IMG/VR virus record: IMGVR_UViG_3300021438_000010
Span: 1 to 64,000 of that record
Length of the DNA: 64,000 nucleotides
DNA from: a virus
Reading direction: 5' to 3' (one strand)
In this document: one piece after another, positions 10,725 to 20,760 of the stretch
Layout of the letters: each line of letters starts with the position of its first letter
Numbering within the stretch: position 1 is the first letter of the stretch
Program-made: the position numbers and the translations under genes
The notes under the pieces: generated by a model
What the model saw: the letters and a program-made list of their open reading frames with translations, nothing else
Database searches by the model: none
What the model was told of the DNA's origin: nothing

Positions 10725-13700
10725 ATGGCACTTTTTTCAAGACCCGGATCTGAACTTGCTAGAAATTTCCACAGCTACATTGCTGATAGGCCGAGCCTTC
10801 AAAACATTGGACTAGCATCATATACTAAAAATTCAATGCAAAAATTTGGTAAAGAAAGAAGAAATGGACAAGATGTTGAAGTTGCAGATATCAAAGAATA
10901 TTTTGGAGGTACTATTCCTAGGTCAGATTTACTTGGAACATCTGCCACATTATCTATACTCAGATTTGATAAAGGAAATAAAAGATACGTTATGTGTACT
11001 TCTTCCGGTAGCGGAGAAGATAATTTATGGTATACTCCGAGTGGAAATTTTGGTGGCGGTCTAAGTCAATATCAAGATAGATTTGATTTATATCAAAAGG
11101 GCTTTATAACAACAGATCTTGAAAAATATCAAATAAGTTATGTTTGGTCTAAAATACAAACTAGTATGTCGGGATGTATCACATTTCAAGCTAATTACAC
11201 TGTTTTATCATGTCCAGATAGTGGGGTTATAAGGTTATATTTTCAATCCGCCGGAAAATCTAATGGAGATAGAAGTGTAGCAAACAAAGGCGCACCTATA
11301 GTTGCAGCAACTCCAAGAAGACCAACTGGCCCACAATATTCTCACGCTAGCACAAAAGAATCTGCACCCGGAGTTTATATTCCAGCTAGAGAGGGTGGAG
11401 ATAATAATCCAGAAAATACTATTGCGGCTAAGTTTAAGATGCACTATGATCCAGCTACTGGTCAATGGGAGTCTGGAACCACGCAAATGATGTTTAGACT
11501 TTTAACAGATATAGATGGTGTGCCATTAAAAGATTTGCCGCCGGATGTAGACACAGTAGGAATTGATGAATTTTATCAAGGTGGATTATCATCATCATTT
11601 ACCGTTGGTAGCGGTATGGCTGTTAGCACAGAAAATGGAAATCCATATTTATTTGGTCCCAATACTAATAGTTGCGCCAATAATGCCCCAAAAGAAAAAG
11701 TTATTTTAGTAAATAGAACCCCAAGAAGTTATACTAAAGGTGAGATTGTTATAGCCAGTTTGATAAATGGCGAATGGATACCAATGGGTTTTGGTTTACC
11801 TAAAACGGTTTCTAAAAAAGTAGATATTCAATGGTCACAAATACAAAAATATATTGTTAATTCAGCCGTATTTTTTAGAAATGCTTCAGATACTGATTAC
11901 GTTACACCGGATGATTATAAAAATCACGTAAGGTATAAATTCTATTCTTCACTGGCCGGTTTATCTAATTCCGCAATGCTTACTAGCTCTGGCAATGATT
12001 TGAATAAAATTGCTTTATTAAATCTTGATGCTCAACCACTAGAATCATATACGCTTAATGACAATGGAACAATAAAATTTACTACCACGACTATATCATC
12101 ATTACCTAATTATAATAAATACATTAATATGGTTCCAAGTACTGGATACTTTCAATTCTTTGATGCAGACACAATTAATGCTAGTTTTGGTGGAAATAAT
12201 AACAATAATTCAAAACTCAAAAAAACAAATATTGCACAAATGCCACAAGATGTTCCAGACGTTGGAGAGGTATATGCTGAGAATGTTCCATCTAGCTGGG
12301 GGTTATATTTTAGAGATGGGTATACTTCTGCTAGTGTTTCTAGGCTAAAAAGTAATACAACGGCAACGTCTGCATTTGCTGTTAATGGGGCTGGTTCAAA
12401 AATCATTTATGCTCCATCTACTTTAAATTTTGCTGATACGACAAGTCTAGACTTAAGTGATTCAAATTTTTATCATTTACCAGCTCAAATTGCTCTTAAT
12501 TCTTCTGGTAATCAAACGATGTTCATGGAATTGTTGTGGTTTAAACAAAATCAAGCGGGATCATATGCCAATAATTTAATAAACTTTTTTAAGGATCCAT
12601 TGAAGGGCGATTATTTATATAAAAATAATAATACTACAATATTTGGATTATCACCAGTAAATTCAACATCAGTACAATTTACTCCGTTATCATTGGAATT
12701 AGCTTTATGTAGCACCATAATACCAGCAGACCATGCTATAAAAGCTATTAATGGAGGCTACGAAGACTTAAGGATAAACCTAGCATATCAAAATTGGACT
12801 AAAGATGCATTTGGCAAAGCTTGGGAAAGACTTGGAGGTTCAAGAGGTCAACCATTTATAATTGATACAACCAATAATATTCAAACATGGGTTCCTTTTG
12901 GTAAAATTTTGATAAGAAATGGGCAAATTGTTAATCCAGCAAGAAAAGATACAAAACCAGATGGTGGGCCGGGTATCTTACCGCAAGATAATGGAGATGA
13001 AATATCTAATGTCGTTGGAATATTAGCCGCAAAAGCAACAGTAAATCTTCCTGCTGGTGGACAACTAGAACTAAGAACTGATAACCATTTTGGTCTTAAC
13101 GCTTATGGCGTTGTTGGGGGTGGGGGTGGGTTTTTGTCATTTATACCAACAATGTTTGGATTAGTTCCCGGTGCAGACGGAAGAAGTGAAATTAAAAAAT
13201 ATGATTTTGTTCAATGGGGTAGTAGTAGTTCTGATGGAGATATAAAAGCGTTTGGAACAACTGCCTTATATTGTGCTATTGAAGATCATTGTCCAAGTTC
13301 AATATATGACGGAAGATATCTTACATCTCTTCAATTTCATGGAAACTCTGTTGATCTTGCTGGACAGCCAATAGATGTTGAAATTCCTGCAACTGGAACT
13401 GGAACAACAAAAGTACCATTAACAGTTGGAACAGTGATAGATTCAACATACGCTCAAACAATAACAACAATTAAAAATCCTATTAGAAGAAACATGCTTT
13501 TAACTGGGGGAGGATTTTACTATATTAAGAGAGTACTTGGAGCTAATACAGCAGCTTCTGCAATAGAAATTAAAGATATAGATCCTGCTCATCCAGCAAC
13601 TGGATATGTTGATGGTGACTTAGTATTGTTTCAAGGTTCAAAGCCAGCAACTTTTAAGGTTACGCAAACAGATGCTAATGGAAAAATAACTAAGATAGAA

Positions 13701-14105
13701 ATAGATGATTCATTGGGAACTGATGCTTATGGAGAATTTACTGGAAATCCATTCAAGAGCGCACCTATAGAAGCATATCCAAAGTCTCAGAATGGCAGGG
13801 GAGCTAAAATATTACTAAAATCTGGTAAAATTATAGAAAAAGTTATGTTAGATTCTATTAATAACTATAATATTCAAGTATTGACACCATCCGACAATGA
13901 TGGTGGCGGCGATTCTTACGGATATGTCAGATCTTCCAAAAGTGTAACTTATAATTTAGCCCAAAATTCAAATGGAAAGTATGATATATTGTTCTTTTTT
14001 GTCAATGATATAGCAAATTACCCAGAAAATAGTGCTGGTGCCAATGGGCAGATGGAGACTATGCCATTTGCACAATATGTTAATCTAAATATAAGCGCAA
14101 ACTAA
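10725..14105 (+). CDS. Putative tail/receptor-binding virion protein
   Basis: 1126-aa ORF with AAAGGA RBS; Gly/Asn/Thr-rich; C-terminal GYVDGD..ATFKVT..NGKITKIEI segment typical of tail/baseplate proteins. Confidence 0.5.
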   Translation: MALFSRPGSELARNFHSYIADRPSLQNIGLASYTKNSMQKFGKERRNGQDVEVADIKEYFGGTIPRSDLLGTSATLSILRFDKGNKRYVMCTSSGSGEDNLWYTPSGNFGGGLSQYQDRFDLYQKGFITTDLEKYQISYVWSKIQTSMSGCITFQANYTVLSCPDSGVIRLYFQSAGKSNGDRSVANKGAPIVAATPRRPTGPQYSHASTKESAPGVYIPAREGGDNNPENTIAAKFKMHYDPATGQWESGTTQMMFRLLTDIDGVPLKDLPPDVDTVGIDEFYQGGLSSSFTVGSGMAVSTENGNPYLFGPNTNSCANNAPKEKVILVNRTPRSYTKGEIVIASLINGEWIPMGFGLPKTVSKKVDIQWSQIQKYIVNSAVFFRNASDTDYVTPDDYKNHVRYKFYSSLAGLSNSAMLTSSGNDLNKIALLNLDAQPLESYTLNDNGTIKFTTTTISSLPNYNKYINMVPSTGYFQFFDADTINASFGGNNNNNSKLKKTNIAQMPQDVPDVGEVYAENVPSSWGLYFRDGYTSASVSRLKSNTTATSAFAVNGAGSKIIYAPSTLNFADTTSLDLSDSNFYHLPAQIALNSSGNQTMFMELLWFKQNQAGSYANNLINFFKDPLKGDYLYKNNNTTIFGLSPVNSTSVQFTPLSLELALCSTIIPADHAIKAINGGYEDLRINLAYQNWTKDAFGKAWERLGGSRGQPFIIDTTNNIQTWVPFGKILIRNGQIVNPARKDTKPDGGPGILPQDNGDEISNVVGILAAKATVNLPAGGQLELRTDNHFGLNAYGVVGGGGGFLSFIPTMFGLVPGADGRSEIKKYDFVQWGSSSSDGDIKAFGTTALYCAIEDHCPSSIYDGRYLTSLQFHGNSVDLAGQPIDVEIPATGTGTTKVPLTVGTVIDSTYAQTITTIKNPIRRNMLLTGGGFYYIKRVLGANTAASAIEIKDIDPAHPATGYVDGDLVLFQGSKPATFKVTQTDANGKITKIEIDDSLGTDAYGEFTGNPFKSAPIEAYPKSQNGRGAKILLKSGKIIEKVMLDSINNYNIQVLTPSDNDGGGDSYGYVRSSKSVTYNLAQNSNGKYDILFFFVNDIANYPENSAGANGQMETMPFAQYVNLNISAN

Positions 14106-14111
14106 CAAAAA

Positions 14112-14125
14112 GTGTATAATACATT
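14112..14125 (+). promoter_or_regulatory. Candidate phage late promoter motif GTGTATAATACATT
   Basis: Intergenic, upstream of the 14153 gene; identical 14-mer at 3657-3670; variant GTGTATATAAT at 54035-54045 (-). Confidence 0.45.
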
Positions 14126-14152
14126 GTAACCTACAAAACAAGGGAGATTTTT

Positions 14153-14881
14153 ATGGCTGAAATCAAATTTTATGCTAACGTAAAAGCCGACGATTCTAAT
14201 ACCCTAATACAGCACACATTGGGATCTGGGCTTGGTTTTTATGGGTCTTCTCATGGAATTTCGGTTCCTGTAGGTTCGCAACAAAGAACCACATATGTCA
14301 CAGATTCAACTGGAACATCTGAAGGCATACAACTACATAATACATCTATGGATACTAGTGGAACAGCATCTGTTACGGGGACAGTATCGGTTGACGGCGG
14401 AACGCCAATTACATTAGACAAATTACCCAACTATTTATGTCCACTTAATATTAGATTTGAACATCCAACTCCAGTTAGAGTTCAAAATTGCAAACTACGT
14501 ATATTTGACAGAAATAACATTGATAACCCCGCTAGTGGAGTAGTCACATGGGTATATGAAGCTAGACACCCATCAACAAGTCAACAGGTTGGAAGTTTAA
14601 ATTTTAGAGCTAACAAAGATACTACACCGGTAGCCGGTTTTAGATGGACTGAATTTGATCCAACATTATCTCAAATAAATATGCCATTCACAAGTTCTCC
14701 CGGCATGAGTGGTAAAAATACAGATACTGGAGATACTGAAGTTCTTTTAGGCTTCAATTCTCAGAGTGGCATTTCACTACAGTCTATGAGACACGATTGG
14801 TTCGTTGCAATTAGTTCTCAACCAGATAGCATTGGTAGCAAAACTAATTATGGTCTTTATTTTACAGTAGAATATCTATGA
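14153..14881 (+). CDS. Putative virion structural protein
   Basis: 242-aa ORF with GGGAG RBS; last gene of the + strand block; Thr/Ser/Gly-rich. Confidence 0.5.
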   Translation: MAEIKFYANVKADDSNTLIQHTLGSGLGFYGSSHGISVPVGSQQRTTYVTDSTGTSEGIQLHNTSMDTSGTASVTGTVSVDGGTPITLDKLPNYLCPLNIRFEHPTPVRVQNCKLRIFDRNNIDNPASGVVTWVYEARHPSTSQQVGSLNFRANKDTTPVAGFRWTEFDPTLSQINMPFTSSPGMSGKNTDTGDTEVLLGFNSQSGISLQSMRHDWFVAISSQPDSIGSKTNYGLYFTVEYL

Positions 14882-14904
14882 AAAAAGGGGCGGTTTCCCG
14901 CCCC
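14881..14904 (-). terminator. Rho-independent terminator at the convergent strand switch
   Basis: Minus strand GGGGCGG-GAAA-CCGCCCC followed by TTTTTT. Confidence 0.85.
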
Positions 14905-14911
14905 AAAATCA

Positions 14912-15196
14912 TCAGTAATTCCAGCACCTATGTCTGTGTCTTATGACCGGCATAGGTGTTGTTGTATAGTAAGGATACCCCCAATAAATTCTTTGATCAA
15001 TTATTGGTTGAGGATAAACTACTATTGGCACAGGAACAGTTACAAATACTTGTGGTGCTTGATATACCATAGTTTGTGTTACTACTACTGGCTGTTGAAC
15101 AACAACCTGTTGAGGTTGAGGAACAAAATAAATCTGATTAGCATATCCATCCTTGGATAGTGCTATCAACATAAATAATATTGCTAAATATTTCAT
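14912..15196 (-). CDS. Small secreted Pro/Val/Gln/Tyr-rich protein
   Basis: N-terminal signal peptide MKYLAILFMLIALS..GYA; low-complexity PQQVVVQQPVVV and PVPIVVYPQP. Confidence 0.6.
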   Translation of the reverse strand: MKYLAILFMLIALSKDGYANQIYFVPQPQQVVVQQPVVVTQTMVYQAPQVFVTVPVPIVVYPQPIIDQRIYWGYPYYTTTPMPVIRHRHRCWNY

Positions 15197-15528
15197 TCAG
15201 CCTTCTCCGTCTTGGGGTTCCATTTAACCCACCCATTATCGGATAGCCAATTCCCGTCGTTATCCTTACGCTTTGGGAACAAACCGCCACCCTTCTTGTG
15301 AACACCAAATGATAGTCTAGCACCGCACTTCATACAGCGAAGTTCATAGTACTGATTATCGTCAACTGTGCGAACTACAAATCGAATATCGTCAGAACCG
15401 CACTTGCCACATGTGGTTTCCTCAAATACTTCTTGAAATCTACTTAGTTCATTAAATAGATCCTTCTGTGACTCGCCCTCTATTTCTGCTTGTAGTCTGC
15501 CATTCTTTGTAGTATATAGAATTTTCAT
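15193..15528 (-). CDS. Zinc-ribbon protein
   Basis: CGKC...CMKC; coupled to its neighbours by ATGA overlaps. Confidence 0.6.
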   Translation of the reverse strand: MKILYTTKNGRLQAEIEGESQKDLFNELSRFQEVFEETTCGKCGSDDIRFVVRTVDDNQYYELRCMKCGARLSFGVHKKGGGLFPKRKDNDGNWLSDNGWVKWNPKTEKAE

Positions 15529-16280
15529 TTACGCCACTCCTGTTTATAGCCTATAATATCTTGTGGAATTGAACTCTTATCACGCTGATAATCGTTTAGT
15601 GAATCAATGATCTCACTAGCGATTTTTTTAGAAACCTTTTTCCCGCTATCAACACTAAACTGTGCAAATAGCTTCTCTCCATCAATGTTGAGTTGCTTGC
15701 ACTTTACATCAATAAAGTTGTACTGTGCATCACTCATTCGACTTTGATCATCATACTCGCCCTCACTGGACGTCTTTGTGCTAGAGATTTCTCTAACAAT
15801 CTTAGCTGTGTCCTTTTTAGTTAATTCTTCCGCAGCGACACCTTTAATCTTTAATGCTTTACGCAACGCTCTGGCTTCTGCTCTAGTGCTAGCAATAGCA
15901 ACAGCAAATGCACAGAACATATCATCAGTATTACCTTCCCAAGAATCTGCAACTTCTGAATATCTCACCCCATTAGCAAACTCTACAGTGAATACTACTG
16001 TTGCTCTACCATGATGATCTTCACGCTGAACTGGAAAGACCTGTGTTGGCCCACTAAATACAATCGTACCAAGTATAAGTTCAGATACACGCCTCAAACC
16101 AGCAACTAGAGGGTGACCATCTACTAGTTCTGATGGATGAAACAATGACATGGCATAATCGTGCCATTCTGGCGAAAGCATTGACGGGGCATCTGTCATA
16201 ACAATGTCCTTTACTGATGTATTTGTATTACTAGGTGAAGCGAGTTCTACTTCTTCAAATATTGCTGCTATATCACTCAT
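15525..16280 (-). CDS. Putative single-strand annealing recombinase (Rad52/Sak-like)
   Basis: Beta-beta-beta-alpha core ending AVAIASTRAEARALRKAL; C-terminal SDAQYNFI..ASEIIDSL helical module typical of SSAPs. Confidence 0.55.
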   Translation of the reverse strand: MSDIAAIFEEVELASPSNTNTSVKDIVMTDAPSMLSPEWHDYAMSLFHPSELVDGHPLVAGLRRVSELILGTIVFSGPTQVFPVQREDHHGRATVVFTVEFANGVRYSEVADSWEGNTDDMFCAFAVAIASTRAEARALRKALKIKGVAAEELTKKDTAKIVREISSTKTSSEGEYDDQSRMSDAQYNFIDVKCKQLNIDGEKLFAQFSVDSGKKVSKKIASEIIDSLNDYQRDKSSIPQDIIGYKQEWRK

Positions 16281-17044
16281 ATTTCAATCTCTATGTACCT
16301 TTCTGATTTTGGAGGGAACGATCCCTTTATTCTATCCAAGTATTTCAAAATGTCAAGTCTCAACTTTTCTTTATCGGCCAGACACACTGAGTCAGATAAG
16401 TTTTTTATTCTTATGATGACCATCCCTTTACTTAATATTAAACCGCTTTTTTGTGTGTCAGCTTTTATCTGCTTTTGAAGTTTTTCTTCTCCCCATATAG
16501 GTAAGAAGTGAGAAGGTCCGTCTACCTCTATTATAGTCTTGATGGAGGGGATGTACATATCAAGTTCCATGTCTTGATTTTGAATGAGTTGTTTCTTGTG
16601 GTATTGAACGGCATACCCACCCTTAGTAATTTCTTCGTATAAAAACTTCTCTAGTTTAGATCCTTCTTTACCAGCCGCTTGTATGCTTTTGATAGCAGCA
16701 CTCATCATTTTGTCCTTTTCTACATCTGACAAAGATTCCCATCTCTTTTTAGATTGATTGACTCTTGACTTATACATTTCATCAGACATATCATCCCAGT
16801 ATTTTTTAAGGCCAGAGCTAATCTTTAATTTTTCTTCTTTAGTTCTGACTTTACCGCTAGTAGGGTGAGTAGCGGTTCCTGTTTCAATAGCATTCTTTTG
16901 AGCTTCACTTTTAGTTTTTAAATTTACTCCGCTCTTAATAAGAATACGTCTTATACGATTGGGATAAGTATTTAACTCCTCCGCAATCTCATAGGTACTC
17001 TTATGCTGTTTGGTATACATCGTTATTATTTGATTTGTATTCAT
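16277..17044 (-). CDS. Free-standing homing-type endonuclease (HTH + NUMOD3-like + Vsr/DUF559-like PD-(D/E)XK domain)
   Basis: STYEIAEEL HTH; RTKEEKLKISS repeat; ELDMYIP..IIEVDGPSH..D catalytic motif. Confidence 0.7.
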   Translation of the reverse strand: MNTNQIITMYTKQHKSTYEIAEELNTYPNRIRRILIKSGVNLKTKSEAQKNAIETGTATHPTSGKVRTKEEKLKISSGLKKYWDDMSDEMYKSRVNQSKKRWESLSDVEKDKMMSAAIKSIQAAGKEGSKLEKFLYEEITKGGYAVQYHKKQLIQNQDMELDMYIPSIKTIIEVDGPSHFLPIWGEEKLQKQIKADTQKSGLILSKGMVIIRIKNLSDSVCLADKEKLRLDILKYLDRIKGSFPPKSERYIEIEI

Positions 17045-17489
17045 CTTTATACTCCAGTAATAGATCTACTATATTATCAAAGTCTTCTGAAATCCCTATT
17101 GGTTTTTTCCCAGTTAGTCTATAAAATTCCTTTTTATCGCTTTCTGATCTACAGATTATCTTCACATTATCTCTAGTTGACATTGCCAAATTTATAACAT
17201 TTTTTTCTTTTTCCCACCCATAGTAATAAAAAATATTGATATTATTTACAATATTAAAAGCCGTATTTAATGCATATAAAGATGTTACAATTAAATTTCC
17301 ATTAAAACTCCATAAATCAGTGGAGTTAAACATTCCGCATTTGGTATTGTCTGGATTAAATGCAACATTATCATAGAAAATACTGACATCATATATTTCT
17401 TTTTTATTAACGATATCATCTATTAATTTATTTATTTTTTGAAGTTGATTTCCATCTGTCAGGTCAGATATATATATGCCTAAATTCAT
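17001..17489 (-). CDS. Hypothetical protein, possibly a degenerate GT-B N-terminal domain
   Basis: 162-aa ORF at the end of the glycosylation island; Rossmann-like pattern. Confidence 0.4.
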   Translation of the reverse strand: MNLGIYISDLTDGNQLQKINKLIDDIVNKKEIYDVSIFYDNVAFNPDNTKCGMFNSTDLWSFNGNLIVTSLYALNTAFNIVNNINIFYYYGWEKEKNVINLAMSTRDNVKIICRSESDKKEFYRLTGKKPIGISEDFDNIVDLLLEYKDEYKSNNNDVYQTA

Positions 17490-17490
17490 T

Positions 17491-18213
17491 TCATTTCCCC
17501 CAAATGCACGTTAAGTTAGAAAACACATTGTTTCCCATATAATAATGCCGTTCAAATCCAGCGGATCCAAGGAATGGATTTAATGTTGATCCTATATCTA
17601 AATAAGTATGTTGATCATCATATGCAGTCAGTTGATGACATAATATATTACCAAATGGTCCACAGCAAAACAAGAACAACATATTTTTTTCTGGCATTTT
17701 AGATACTAACTTCTTAGCATCATCAACTAAATTCCAATTATATTCCCAAGCATTATTTTTCAATGGAACTACTATGTAAGGTCTAAATGGTAATTGATCT
17801 ACACGCCCATTTTCATTGCAGAAAAGAACTACATTTCTTTCTTTATATAGTGGCAATATATTAGAAACATAATATTTATAATTTGAATTTACCCATAAAT
17901 TGGCCCAAGTCAAATGATCATCATCTTGTTCTGAATAATCTATCATTTTATTGAAAGTTTCCTGCCCTTGACAACACGGGCAAGATATTCCAACATAATA
18001 ATTTGGATGCTTATATTTAAAAGATTCTATTAAAACTTCTCTTTTTAGTTGATCTTTTTCATTGCTTGGATCAAACCAAAATTCATTATTATTGATAGAT
18101 TGATTTTGTATTACTGCCCATTCTCCATCTGCGTATTTAGAAAAAGTAAAGTTTTCTTTATTTAGTAGCTTATTTCTGAATAATACTAAATCTTGACGAA
18201 ATGATTTTGTCAT
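17491..18213 (-). CDS. GT-D fold (DUF1792-like) glycosyltransferase
   Basis: FSKYADGE (cf. RFGDGE) and CCGPFGNIL..YLDIGS (cf. LGPxA..AIDIG) motifs. Confidence 0.6.
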   Translation of the reverse strand: MTKSFRQDLVLFRNKLLNKENFTFSKYADGEWAVIQNQSINNNEFWFDPSNEKDQLKREVLIESFKYKHPNYYVGISCPCCQGQETFNKMIDYSEQDDDHLTWANLWVNSNYKYYVSNILPLYKERNVVLFCNENGRVDQLPFRPYIVVPLKNNAWEYNWNLVDDAKKLVSKMPEKNMLFLFCCGPFGNILCHQLTAYDDQHTYLDIGSTLNPFLGSAGFERHYYMGNNVFSNLTCIWGK

Positions 18214-19205
18214 AGTCTCTCCAGTATTTTAAGTATTTTTTTGCTAGATTTCCCGTCGCCATATGGGCATGATTCATTTACCAATTCTATTTTTATGCTA
18301 TTAAAAATTTCAGATAACATATCTGGAAAAGAACAAAGCCATGAGAATATGTATTCACCTTCAACTCGCTCAGTCGTTGACCTACAAACTATACATTTCT
18401 TTTTTAAAAATGAAGATTCTTCTTGTAAGCCGCCGCTATCGGTTATCACCAGACCACAGGTTGATAAATACTTTTTGCATTCTTCATAATCTATTGGGTC
18501 AATGACCTTTACATTTGTCAAAATATTTTTATGTTTTTGTATTTCTGGATTTAAATGCATTGGGAAAATAAATTCAAGCTTTGGATTATTGATTGCTAAA
18601 TCATTTATAGCTTTAAACCATTTGTTCATTATTGGCAAATTTTCTCTTCTATGCATAGTAATCAAAACCGTATTGTTTATTGTTGGAACTATATCTAGCA
18701 GATTGTCTAAAACCGTGTTGCCAATAACATAAGCTTTGCTATTTTTACTCATGACATGTCTTAAATTTTCCTTAGATTGATCAGTTGGGCATAAATGAAT
18801 ATCTGCCATAGCACCTATAGATATTCTATTAGATTCTTCTGGATATGGATTGTCTTTATCCCAACTTCTTAATCCGGCTTCTAAATGTATAATTTTTATT
18901 TTTCTATGAAATGCTGCTAACGCTAGAGCAAAAGCCGACGTAGTATCTCCTTGAACCATGATATGAGTAATTCCATCGGAATACTTGTCGAACTCTTTTA
19001 ATATTGTTGTTACTATAGAATCCAATCTATTACTTCCATCAGTTATGTTAAGATAAGACACTTTGTAGTTATTAATAGAGTTGTCTATTAGTGATCCGTG
19101 TTGACCGGTGCATAAAAGTCTAAATGGTATTTTTCCATTTATTTTTTCTACAACTGGTCTTATCTTTATCCACTCTGGACGAGTTCCAAATCCTATTAAT
19201 ATCAT
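18210..19205 (-). CDS. wecB: UDP-N-acetylglucosamine 2-epimerase (non-hydrolysing)
   Basis: GTRPE, TGQH, QGDTTSA, HLEAGLRS, PYPEE, TMHRREN, TDSGGLQEE and PYGDG motifs. Confidence 0.95.
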   Translation of the reverse strand: MILIGFGTRPEWIKIRPVVEKINGKIPFRLLCTGQHGSLIDNSINNYKVSYLNITDGSNRLDSIVTTILKEFDKYSDGITHIMVQGDTTSAFALALAAFHRKIKIIHLEAGLRSWDKDNPYPEESNRISIGAMADIHLCPTDQSKENLRHVMSKNSKAYVIGNTVLDNLLDIVPTINNTVLITMHRRENLPIMNKWFKAINDLAINNPKLEFIFPMHLNPEIQKHKNILTNVKVIDPIDYEECKKYLSTCGLVITDSGGLQEESSFLKKKCIVCRSTTERVEGEYIFSWLCSFPDMLSEIFNSIKIELVNESCPYGDGKSSKKILKILERL

Positions 19206-19942
19206 TCTGAATCCTTAGCTAATTTATAATCTTGAGAAAGCATATAATTCCAATAAGCATTTGCTTGAATATGACCAGCAGATGTTCTTGATGTTGCTGC
19301 CATATCTTCACCATACTTACTAGGGTTAGTTGACGCCCATAAATCTGGATCATTTTCTGGTTGAGGTGGAATGTATGAAAATAATCCCAATCTACGCTGT
19401 AATACAAAAGAAAAATGCATATCTTCGCCACCATATAAGAACGGTATACTGGGCATGTCTAGCCAATAAAATCTTAACCAATCTTTTTCAAAAAACCAAG
19501 AATGTCCAATAATATCTACTCTTTTAATTTTATCGTTCCCTCTACCTACACCTTCATATTTACAGCCGGGATAATTTGGATAGTCATCACCAATCATTTT
19601 TACCCCTCTTCCGCCAATAAGACCATTAGTAGATTTAATAGTATCTAGGCAATGTTCTATCCATTTTTTCCCCGGCATGGTATCATCGTCTAACATGCAA
19701 ACATATTGTGTTGTTGCATTTAAAGCAAATGCAAATCTAGCCCAAACTCCTAGATTTTGATTACAAAAAGCCGTTGTGCATTTAGTAAGAACTTCTGTAG
19801 GAAACTTGTCAAATGAGTCGCTGTCATAATTCCCCCAAAACATCACATTAATATCTTTATAGGATTGATTTACAACAGCATCGTACTGTTCTTTTAATGC
19901 GTGTGGTCTTTTGTACCCATTCAATATAACTGTAACGCTCAT
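19202..19942 (-). CDS. Glycosyltransferase family 2 (GT-A)
   Basis: VTVILNGYKR start, LDDD (DxD), GGEDMHFS. Confidence 0.8.
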   Translation of the reverse strand: MSVTVILNGYKRPHALKEQYDAVVNQSYKDINVMFWGNYDSDSFDKFPTEVLTKCTTAFCNQNLGVWARFAFALNATTQYVCMLDDDTMPGKKWIEHCLDTIKSTNGLIGGRGVKMIGDDYPNYPGCKYEGVGRGNDKIKRVDIIGHSWFFEKDWLRFYWLDMPSIPFLYGGEDMHFSFVLQRRLGLFSYIPPQPENDPDLWASTNPSKYGEDMAATSRTSAGHIQANAYWNYMLSQDYKLAKDSE

Positions 19943-20760
19943 ATTTTGTTTATCTCGCTATCTACTTTGGATGATAAATCTGTATACGATAAACTTGAAA
20001 GAAGAGATTTCAATCTATGCAAACATGTATGCTTGTTTTTGACTGACGATAACAATTTTTGCCCCTTAAAAATATTATCTATTTTATCTAAGTCTTTTGA
20101 GTCTTTTGTATCAAAAATTATTTTAGTGCCACTATATATGGCATTGAATGATAGTTGAGATCCTATATATGATCCTCCCTTGAAAACAATTTCTTGATAA
20201 TTTGAAAATATAGAATTCAATAAAGTGATTGGGATAACAAAATCTACTTTACTAGTCAATTCGGCATTATCATTGGTAGCTACTGTAGTATAATGATATG
20301 AGCAATCTAATTCTTGAATTTGACTCTCATTGTCTACAAATATGAGCTTATCTACTGAGTAATTTTTTGGCCCCTTTTGTAGAAATATATCTGCCCCCGG
20401 CAATATTTTAAAATATGTAGCATTGTCAAATTTTAAATCTTCTTTACCAAACAAAGTAGGCTTTATGTTTTCAGACACTAACGATAAATAAGCTTTTTCT
20501 ATATGGTCTGCTGGAATTCCATCAACATTAATCACAAGTTTTATATTTTTATTCTCCTTCAAGTATAAAACAATATCCATAGACATTTGTCCAAAATATG
20601 TTATGAATACATCTGGTTTTGCTGTATCAAAATTATCATATACACTAGCTGACTGATTAAATAAAGATGATTGCACACCATCAATTAAGCTCAATCCAGC
20701 ATTGAAATAATGAGATTCTGTTGACCAAGGAGTACTATAATTAGACACTAAAAATTTCAT
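19939..20760 (-). CDS. Degenerate GT-B/CgeB-like protein
   Basis: KPDVFIT strand and C-terminal KHTCLHRL (cf. HTYxxR of CgeB-like GTs); island context. Confidence 0.4.
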   Translation of the reverse strand: MKFLVSNYSTPWSTESHYFNAGLSLIDGVQSSLFNQSASVYDNFDTAKPDVFITYFGQMSMDIVLYLKENKNIKLVINVDGIPADHIEKAYLSLVSENIKPTLFGKEDLKFDNATYFKILPGADIFLQKGPKNYSVDKLIFVDNESQIQELDCSYHYTTVATNDNAELTSKVDFVIPITLLNSIFSNYQEIVFKGGSYIGSQLSFNAIYSGTKIIFDTKDSKDLDKIDNIFKGQKLLSSVKNKHTCLHRLKSLLSSLSYTDLSSKVDSEINKI

